From contig NC_043009.1 of assembly GCF_006345805.1 (NCBI RefSeq), positions 14,198,001 through 14,262,000 of the forward strand: 64,000 nucleotides of DNA, in the 5' to 3' direction. The position numbers and the translations under genes were made by a program. The notes under the pieces are model-generated. The model ran no database searches. It had not been told where the DNA came from and was given only the letters and a program-made list of their open reading frames with translations. Below, piece after piece: positions 54,066 to 64,000 of the stretch (positions are counted from its first letter, which is position 1; the number at the start of each line of letters is the position of its first letter). The stretch is from Octopus sinensis (lineage: Eukaryota).

Positions 54066-54341
54066 GTTAGGCCTAATTTCCAGTGTCTTTATACACACAC
54101 ACCCACCCATGTACAAACACACTCGCTCACACATACATACAAATTTGTATATATTGCTGCCCAACGTGCATTTTCGACTTTCTGTATTCCAATTTTAACC
54201 CAATATTTATTCGATATTATTCATAGCTTTATCTACTTCCACATTCACCATTCTCCAAAAGAGTGTATATATATATATATAAATAAAATATATATATTCT
54301 CACCAAGCCATATTTTAAGTTTACGTAATGTATCTACTTAC

Positions 54342-54395
54342 TGGATCATGAAATATCCATTCATATGGATTAGACAGCATTGCCAAATTTCGAGC
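54342..54395 (-). CDS. iGluR-family subunit 54-nt ATD exon
   Basis: Strong acceptor tttctttattttcAG, donor CCA|GTAAGT, phase 0/0. Translation ARNLAMLSNPYEWIFHDP aligns with the kainate-receptor segment ALAMGMMTEYYHYIFTTL of the same length and joins DGY of the next exon. Confidence 0.8.
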
Positions 54396-54454
54396 CTGAA
54401 AATAAAGAAAAACAGAAACAAATAATATTGAGAAAATAATAAAAGTAGCAATAA

Positions 54455-54492
<38 letters not shown>

Positions 54493-54523
54493 TTGGTAGT
54501 GGTGGTAGTAGTAGTAGTAGTAG

Positions 54524-54591
<68 letters not shown>

Positions 54592-55036
54592 ACAACAATG
54601 ATGATAGTAATGATCATGATAAAAATCATCAAATATATTTCAACTAAGATCAATAAAGAGAAAAATACGTAAAAGAAAAGGAATAAACGGCAGTTAAATT
54701 ACGATAATGTAAAAATAAGCAAATAAAACAATAACAAAAAAAACCCCAGCTTATAATCAAATAATCAAATCACCAAAATATGGGTACAAAAAGTAAACAT
54801 CTACAAAATTATTCAGATTATGTCTATAGTTGTTGACGTTTTCCTTCTCATTGTCGCCATTTTTGTTCTAAATGTGAAAGAAAGTCTTTTGGAATCTATT
54901 ATCAAATATTCAGTCATACTTTTATGTGTATGCATAAGCACACGATTATAATGGTCGAATGTTACGCATAAGCACAAACATACACGTACACGTGCATTTC
55001 CACTTATGTACACAAAATCTATTTATATGTGCATAT

Positions 55037-55073
<37 letters not shown>

Positions 55074-55103
55074 GCAAAAACTGTAGTTCAAATTCTTGGA
55101 GAG

Positions 55104-55143
<40 letters not shown>

Positions 55144-55760
55144 TTTGTACATATATATTATTTAAATATATATATATATGTATGTATATATACAGATATG
55201 CTTGTATGTATTATATAATATATATAATTGTGTATATAATGCATGCGCGCTTACACTTACATACACATACACATGTATATATGGAGTGAAAGAGAAAGAA
55301 AGAGAGAGAAAGAATGTCTTGATAGATACAAATCCACATCATACTCCTGGCATACACAAACACAAATTATATGGGAAAATACATGTATATGTGTATATTC
55401 TACACAACATTTGAACATATGTAATTTGTAAAGAAATAAAAACTAAATATGTTACATAGGTATATGAATGCGTTTATAGTATATATATATGTATATAAAG
55501 AATCAGGCAACGAGTTAAATTAATGTGTAGAAAAAAAGCCCAAAGTATAAATAAAAAGTGAATCCGGTCTATAGAATATTCAAAAACAAGAGCTCATCCA
55601 TGTAGCTAATATCTGATATTACATTTTTATTCCTAGAAATATTTTACCAATATAACTTTGAGAGAGAAATGAGAATGGAATACAAAAATATAAACATACG
55701 AAAACATGTATGTATGGATGGATGTATGTATAACCGCTATGCCTGTATATGCCTGTGCAT

Positions 55761-55791
<31 letters not shown>

Positions 55792-56679
55792 AGCACACAG
55801 CACACAAACAAACGAAGAGAAAAAAATAAAACAAGTTAGCAGCGCTATGCTATGAAAGGCAAAGAAAGCCAAAACTAAAAGAAATATGAAAAATATTACA
55901 AATACAACAATGCGTGGACTGTTATCCTAAATTTTAAAAAGTTTAATGGAAAGTTCTGTAAATAGCATAGAGATTGTTTCAGGGTAGATGTTTCGAGAAA
56001 ATCGAAGCTGTATAAAGGAAACGAGCAAATAAATGCACACGCACACACATACCCAAACCCACCCTCATACATACCTCTTGTACACATATGCACACACAGA
56101 AATGCACTCACACGTACATACATGCATGCATGCTGAAAAGATATATTTAAAAGAAATAAAAAATAAGCCAAAACTATAAGGCAAAATTTCAGTGAAAGCA
56201 AGAAAATATTAAAGTGAAAACATCATAACATCCACAAGAGAACTCTAAAATGTTTTTCTCATTTATTTTTCTTTTGATGCTTTTCTAGAATGAAACAAAA
56301 ATGCAAAACATGAAGATGGTGCAATATCTGGGAATGATGAAATGTATTGCGTGAGAGAGGGAGACAACAAGGCGTGGCTGTGAGAATAAGATGGGAGAGA
56401 GAGAGAAAACGGAACAAAACAGTATGGTGGGCTTGAGAGTGTAAAACATAAAGCGAATTCTATAGACACTGGACAAAGTGGAAGAGAAAGAGAACGGAAG
56501 AGAAAAAGATGGAAAAAGAGGGAGATGAGAACAGAAAGTTTGGAACAGTAAAACGTAAAGTGAAAAATGTTAACAGGGAGGAGATAAAAGAAGGAGAAGC
56601 ATAAAAAGAAGATATGAGGGGAGAAGGTAAGAGTGTGGGAGCGCTACATAATACATACATACATACATACATACATACA

Positions 56680-56711
<32 letters not shown>

Positions 56712-56820
56712 CACACATATACATACTCATAAATATACGTATATTAAATGTAACTACACGTGCACTGATGGCGATTTTCCCCCTCTTTCTTTGTTTTCTT
56801 TTGGACTTTCCTATTTCTTC

Positions 56821-56857
56821 TGTTCCCGAAGAAGAGCTTTGCTCGAAACGTAAAACA
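56821..56857 (+). ncRNA. Minimal hammerhead ribozyme-like motif
   Basis: TGTTC-CCGAAGA-A-GAGC-TTT-GCTC-GAAAC-GTA-AAACA: stem I TGTT/AACA, stem II GAGC/GCTC, palindromic ACGT stem III, GUA site. U4>C change in the core. Confidence 0.6.
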
Positions 56858-57829
56858 ACCACTCTTTCTTTCCTTATCTGAGCGTCTCCTTAATACTTTG
56901 CATGTACTACGTCTTCAAGTTGTTGCTTTTTACTTGTCTTTTTACTCCGTTTTTTAATTACATATATATACATAGATACATACATACATACATACATACA
57001 TACATACACACACACACATATATATATGTATATATATATACATATGTGCGTGTGAGCGCATGTGTTTATAGTCATATGTATACATACATACATTCATATA
57101 TATATATATATATATATATGTGTCTGTGTGTGTGTGTGTGTGTTGGTGTGTGTGTGTACACATATTCAAATGTATGATGTATGTACGTATGCATTCAGTG
57201 TCCCCTAAAGGGTTGAATCGATGGAAAATGTACTCTATATGCATTGTTCCCATCCAAAACTTATCATTTGGACAGATTAATAGTCCACATTTCTTCAATA
57301 ATAATGTCACAGGAGGGACATAAAACCAAATCAAATGTTACAACTATTATTATCCAGTTTCCCATGCAATATAACATTTGCATTCCATGATTGTATAAAC
57401 TTTCCGGAACAGAAAGGCAACTTCTACTTTCAGATTGAAATATCCTTCGGGAAATATTATGAAAATCATTTTGGACAGTTGTCAGGTGACGAAAATGGTC
57501 CATGTCGAACTAAAGCATTTCCAAACCACATTCCTCATTCCGTTTAGAGCATGAATGCAGCTAATTTGAGGCTTTCGGAGTTATTTACTTATCTAAACAA
57601 TATTGTCAGACTTGTGTGGTAACAGAAAGCTCATAAAATATTTTGCGTTGTTTGATAATCTCTCACTAATAATTCTGCTGCACAAACACACACACCCACA
57701 CCCACACATTTGTATAAGGGAAAATATGATAGCTTTTGATTATGCGTTAAGTTTAACAAGACCTATATATTTCATCGCAATGGGCCAACCTCAGAAGAAA
57801 AACAGTCTAGGAAAGTTCCATTAACCCAT

Positions 57830-59680
57830 TCAAGTCCCTCAGCATTATTTCAGCAGAAGCAGTCACTCCCAAAATATCGGTGCAACCGACTAGCCAAGCG
57901 CCGGTGTGAAGAAACTTCCAACTGTTGTTGCAAGCAATTCACCATCCATCGGATGATGTGAGGGTGTTATATTAACAGCAGCAGCAGTCACTCTCCAGTT
58001 TTTACCCGCTATTGGTGTAGGCCCTTAATCACGGACATCACATAATCCCTAAACCAAGATGAGCTAGAGCTCCTCCACCTGGGGGTCCACATAAATCCTA
58101 ACACAGAAACTCAATGACAAGTTGAAGCTTGACATCGAGGCCAACTTCCACAGGGTTCAAATGGGTCTCAAATACAGACTCAAATGGGCCTCCAGCCACG
58201 ATGCTTCGAATGGCTCCACTACTGAGGGCACTGGTCATTCTTTTCTACAAAACCCTCTCGTCTACCAACCTCATACCATGCTCCACCAACCCCACCAACC
58301 AATGTTTGGACTGCAAACTCCCTCTCCAGTAACAGTCCATTTTAACAATCCTGACCAAAAATCGCCAACACTTCCAACCGACCCCACCCAAGAGACTGAT
58401 CAGTATATTAAAAATATCTTACGGTGAGTAAGCTACCATCAGTTATAGTCACCACACTTCGATTTCTTGGGCAACATGTAAAAACAGTGTCCAGGCCTGC
58501 CTGTGGGGTCCAACCTCTCAAGCCTGTTCGCTATTGCTTAGACCGGTTGGAACGTAGGGCACTTAGTACCTGCGACTCATATGTCAGGCATGAGGACGAT
58601 ATTCTCATGCTCACCCCATCCGAAGAGGAAGACTCCGTTATACTAGAGAATTTCAGAAAAGATGGACCAACATATTAGCTTTACGCTTGAACACCCAGAC
58701 AGTGATGGTTCCTTCATCTGGCTTGACTTTCGGTTAAGCAACACCGGCGAGGTAAAGATTGACAAGTGTTCTAGAGAAAATCAGCTTGCCGAGACCTTCT
58801 CGTCCATTATTAATCAGCTCTCCCTATCAAGACCAAGATGAACTACGTCCGGATAAATAAAAGATGCAATGATACACCCGCCTTGACGCACATGTTACTC
58901 AGTTCCTAAAGGTACTTGAGGCAAATGGATACCCAGAGTCCGTTAAACACCTTACGAGAACACAAACCACATAAACGTCGCCAGAGGGACCTATCTAAAA
59001 CCTGCTTCTTGAAGATCTTTCACTCCAATGAGAAAGACTACCTCCGCCATCTACAAGGCTATCCGCAGGAAATAACTCGTCATTCTATTGGCCCATTCAG
59101 GACCGTCCCTACGTAACGCCTATCAACGAGATGGTCTCGCGCAGTAGAACAGCCCTGTACACTTATGAACAGCCCAATTCGTAACACTAACATATGCCTA
59201 CGTACGTGCGTAGTATACCAATTACGATGTTCCAAATGCACAAGCGAATATATCGGTAGCACATTACGACCACTCCACGCACAAATTAAGGAGCATCTTC
59301 TTCTTGCAAACAGTTGACCAGATGTGGCAACACGATCAAGGAGACAAACGCTTCCATACTAGCCTCGGAGGGGAATACTGACAATCTACGTATAAAAGAG
59401 TCTTCTTTACAGCGGCAACAGCCCGGATACTTATTGATCAGACCACGTATTTTATATTTCGATTTTAAATAAGCATGATTTGTATAGAAGCAGGATATCA
59501 AGATACTTAGATTGTTTGTTTTAGCCAATTAGCATGGCGTAGATCATGTCTACCAATGAAAATGAGAGAGAGTTAATTGTTTAGATTAGCTTCTTTAATC
59601 AGCCAATTAACATTGAATTTTATACCCTGATTACAATATCTTTCCAGATGTTTCTAATGGAAAGAAATGCATCTTGTGAA
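57830..59680 (+). mobile_element. Decayed Penelope-like element (RT + GIY-YIG)
   Basis: YVRHEDDILML (RT motif C-like), ISFTLEHPDSDGSFIWLDF, and CVVYQLRCSKCTSEYIGSTLRPLHAQIKEH at ~59205-59300 (GIY-YIG). Frameshifted; boundaries approximate. Confidence 0.8.
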
Positions 59681-60512
59681 CAGTGCTTACGTCGAATGAT
59701 CATAATTTCCTTAAGTTTCTCAAAGCTAGATCTATTATAAAACTCAGACTTATATTATTTAACATAGAAAGACGCGTATTTGTATATAATTTTGTCGTTA
59801 TTTTACGGCTTTTAAAATTATACTCCATATGCACAGTGGACGCAAAAATAGTCCCATCGCCATAACTAGCAAGTTCAATGACTTATGACAACACTTAAAG
59901 ATAATAACTATGCATTTAGCTTAGATGTCAATTCCAGCTTCAACTCTTGCTATTCCTAGTATCAGTCCAGTGACGGATATCAATTTCTTTCGAACTCTAC
60001 AGTTTCGGTATCACGTCCTTAGAAAACTAATAAATCTACATTTAGGTAACTCTACATACAAACAGCTTTCATGTTTATTCGTTAGATGAATGTTTATCAA
60101 AGTGTAGCTATCGTATATTTGGACAAACTTGAATGCAGAGTACTTAACATCTATTACTCATGAGCATTCTATCCAGATATGTAGATAATGTCATCAAACT
60201 CAATTCCTTTCGTGAAGCGTCAAACAGAATAAATGGTATATCAAATGACGCTGGTGACCATGTAATCTTGAAAACAGAAAGTGTTCAGTTTCAGACTCAA
60301 AGTCACGACCACGATTTTCACAACATTAATATCCTTGTGAGATACATCATAAGAAGCAATCTGCAACCATTTAAATTAAAAGCGGAGTTATGAAAACATA
60401 AAATGCAATGAAGCATGTTTTTCTTTTTCTAGAAATGATTTTACAAAAAGCAATGCCATAATAATCTGCTAATCCGAATAATTTTTCATGGTAATTGTAT
60501 TTGGTCGATATT

Positions 60513-60808
60513 GTTGTTTGTTCCTTCTCGAGCCACGCCTGGCTCATAGGGCCGGTTTCCCGGTTTCCTTGGCGTATAGGTTCCCCACCTGGACGGGACG
60601 TCGGTCCGTCGCAGGTGAGCTGCAAGATGCAGGAGGAAAGAATGAGAGAAAGTTGTGGCGAAAGAGTCAGCCGAAGTTCGCCATTACCTTCTGCCGGAGC
60701 CGCGTGGAGCTTAAGTGTTTCACTCATAAACACATACATCGCCCGGTCTGAGATGCGAACCTACGATCCCCCGACCGCTGCTCTAACCACTAGGCCACGT
60801 GCCTCCAC
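60513..60808 (-). mobile_element. tRNA-derived SINE, family-3 head with a different tail, 14-bp TSD
   Basis: Head GGAGGCACGTGGCCTAGTGGTTAG and AAGCTCCACG.GGCTCCGGCAG are shared with 13752-14056. TSD ATTTGGTCG(A/G)TATT at 60499-60512 and 60809-60822. Confidence 0.82.
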
Positions 60809-63800
60809 ATTTGGTCGGTATTAGTATTCACAGAGATACTATTGCTAATAGAAATAAATCTGATCCGTGTGAATTAACTTGCGATTGTAGAAGTAGTAAC
60901 TGAAGCTGTATTTTTAAATACAATGTTATTGGTATTATCTTTTAGCACATGGTCATGCAACATACAGCAGACGTTTCATCAAAGCCATGGCATAAGTAAC
61001 TATCCCATGTGTGTTATCTTGTCCTATAGCATCAAGAAGTATATCATCCAATATGTTTCACTTCTTAATACGGTGGAGTGTGAAATGAGGGCAATTTGGT
61101 TGCTATTATTACGAAATCGACTGACAATGTCTGTCTTCATGGGTTAGATCGAATATTACAAAAACGTTGCAAGATACTTCGTGTAAAATGGGTCAGATTG
61201 GAATTGAACTCCTAATATGAAAGATATATATGCGTGGAATAAACCACTATTCAAATGCATAAAAAGAAAGAAACGTACAAAAACAGACCAACGAAGGAAA
61301 CTCTATTCGATTGATAGAGTTGTTAGAAATAGATGTTAATTTACCTCAAATTACATTCTAAAGTCTTAAAACACAATCTAGTCCTAAATATACACAAAAA
61401 GACGTGATGGTCAATGCTGGAACATCTTTAATCGGTTTAATACATTAGTGCAACACGCACGCAAGCACACAGACGCTCTCACGAACACATATCTGCATAA
61501 GATAGAGGTCAAATAGAAAATAAATAAATCAGACAGACAGGTAACTGGATGGACATGTATAATGATAAAGCTAGTTTTAAGTACTGTAGCATTTTTCTTT
61601 GAATCTAAAACCAGTATCGATGAAGGAAATTCTTGAAGAAATCCATGAAATATAATTACTATTTCAAATTGTGACTTCTGATCTGAAAGACGGCCTAAGT
61701 ATATGTATACCATTGAAATAACATCTATTAGGTTAATTTACATCATTTGACTATTGTGAATATGGGAGAAGAGAAAAAAATCACCAAACATAAAATTTTC
61801 CAAAATTAGTATTCATATGGCACGGCACGTTGTATATCGCTTAATTCATGCAAGCGTATCACATCATTCATGATATTTCTCTTCCTGTAGTGAAGGCAGG
61901 AAAATAGAATGAATTGAAACTCTGCTACTACCTCTTACGTAAAGGTTGCTTTCAATGTAGTGCTATAGAATTCGGAAATTAAGATGTGCAATCATGTTCG
62001 AATAATTATATGAGTAGATTCCGATTATTGAGGAAGTGAGTGTTCATTTTGCGTTGTAAATGATGATAACGAATACGTTTTAAGAGATAAGGACGGATAT
62101 ATTGTTAGTTTGATGGTAGCCTGGGAAAGACTGCATGTAAATTTTGAAGACACGTGAACTGGGTAGGTGTGGGATGGATGTGGAAGGATGTAGTTATTTT
62201 TGATTTTCGAAATTGAATTGTGTTGTGTCACAATGTGAAATAGTATTAATAATATAAAATGCACGTTATGCCAATTTGGTTATATGCTGACCTTATAATA
62301 ATACTCATGCTATTTCTTTCCTGTCCTGAATTTTAAAATTTGGTTTGTGAGCAGGATTTTAACCTAATGGTAAATTGTCTACTTAACGGAATATAGCAGC
62401 GAACTTTTCTTCATACTTTCATTTAAACGAAAGATATTTAGGAGTGCTTTTTCTTTCTTTTTCAGGGACAGTGCAAATATTACTGAAATGCTATAAGTCA
62501 ATGAAATTTTGTTCGTTAGCTGACACTTTTGGATTTAACCAGCTGCGATTTTCCCATGGTAAGTATTATTGGAAGTGAAAATCAATGGTACACATATGCA
62601 TATTTTCGTCTTCATATATAGAATAGACTTCTTAGTGAGTGCTAATTAATTCTGATTTTTGTCTTCTGACGTCACTCGACATGCCATTATATAGCGGGAA
62701 TTAAGCAAGATACGGGTTTGATAGTTACCGTAAAAATATTTCAGAATATATTTTCTCTGATGTAATTCAGGTTACAGAATATAAACAGCTGATGAATTGA
62801 CGCAGTCGAAGAAATGTCTTCACAATTTTCCTTGCTGTACTCTACTCCACACTGACATCAAAGTTATTCAAAACATGTTAGAATATTTTTTCTTTGACAA
62901 GATGTGAAAACATTTGAACTGGCATATTTCCATCGAAGGAAAAACTTGAGATCTCCATCAAGAACACACATAATACTACCTTTGTATACTTCCATACATT
63001 ATGATTGTAGATATATGCATAAAAAAAATTCATACAAAATGTTTGTTTGCGTACAAATGTGGATGTATGTGTAATTCTCTTTTCTTCTTACTTTTATCTC
63101 TCTCTATACACACATACACATATGTATACGTAAGTACAAATTCACAAATACACACACACACATTGAATGAGAAAGAAAGAGAGAGAGAGGGAAAGCGAGG
63201 TGCTGAGAGAGAGAGAGAGGAAAAGCGAGGTGCTGAGAGAGAGAGAGAGAGAGTAGAATAAATGAAAATATGTACGAATATATCTTATTTTATTTTTATT
63301 ATACCTTTCAAAGACAAGTTCAATTCACGTCAAGACGAATATCATTATGTCCATTTTTTTTTACTGAGGGATGGTTAAATTGGTTGAATGAGTTTAGTAT
63401 GAATACACTAAATTTCATTTTGGTATCACGTCAGTTCATATTTATTGGTTTTGACACTAATTTCTCTCTTCTCAGATCCACAATACTTAACCATCTTTTT
63501 TGTTTATCCAGAAGAAAGGTTAAATGAAGATAAAAAGTCTAGGGTATGCATGTACACATGCATACTACATACATACATACACACATACATACATAATACA
63601 TACACACACACACACATATATATATATGTATGTATATATATGTCAATACATGTATATATTCATATATAGATCTATGTAAATATATATATATATATATATA
63701 CGTACAACACTCCCAATATGTGTGTATGTATTATATATATATATATATATATACATAACGCATAAAATATATTATGTAAATATTAAATACCTCTAGGCAT

Positions 63801-64000
63801 ATAAACATACATTCAGAGTGTAAAAAATAAACAAAAACATGATTTTTTTTTATGTAAATGTCATAGAACACATCAAAAACTAAATGTAATACTTGCAGGG
63901 ATGATGAATGAAAAAAAAAAAAACTTCTTCAACCAATAATTCAATGCAAATGTTTTTCAAAAATATTCTTGTTTTTATTTTGCAATATGATATAGAGATT

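Noticed and set aside
54396-64000. Search for the next upstream iGluR exon (e.g. 55900-56017, 59690-59760, 62730-62853)
   Set aside because: Candidates had stops, wrong phase or no donor. The exon is probably outside the window or too diverged to recognise by eye.

Overview
AT-rich, microsatellite- and SINE-dense animal genomic DNA. The repeat landscape resembles a coleoid cephalopod (Octopus); this is an inference, not a verified assignment. The window lies inside one large minus-strand gene for a non-NMDA-type ionotropic glutamate receptor (iGluR) family subunit. Seven coding exons can be joined in frame: 54342-54395, 14168-14404, 11925-12029, 10680-10799, 9025-9228, 2903-3206 and 489-742. 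They cover the distal ATD, S1, M1, the M2 pore loop, M3 (SYTANLAAF) and the start of S2. The 3' exons lie left of the window, and no exon 5' of 54395 was found. The subunit is atypical: it has a glycine/GluN1/delta-like agonist-site signature (F, PLSINSQR, VKNSGV), an LLQGN pore tip built across a GC-AG intron, and a shortened ATD. The introns, one of ~40 kb, contain tRNA-derived SINEs, several Penelope-like elements with minimal hammerhead-ribozyme motifs, a Tx1/L1-like LINE in (TATC)n, a cluster of Dong/R4-like LINEs in (TAA)n, RTE and CR1-like fragments, Tc1/mariner relics, a Helitron-like relic and a MITE. One SINE family appears to share its 3' tail with the Tx1-like LINE and to insert at GGT(A/T) sites. 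Most ORFs in the supplied track are microsatellite or SINE artefacts.
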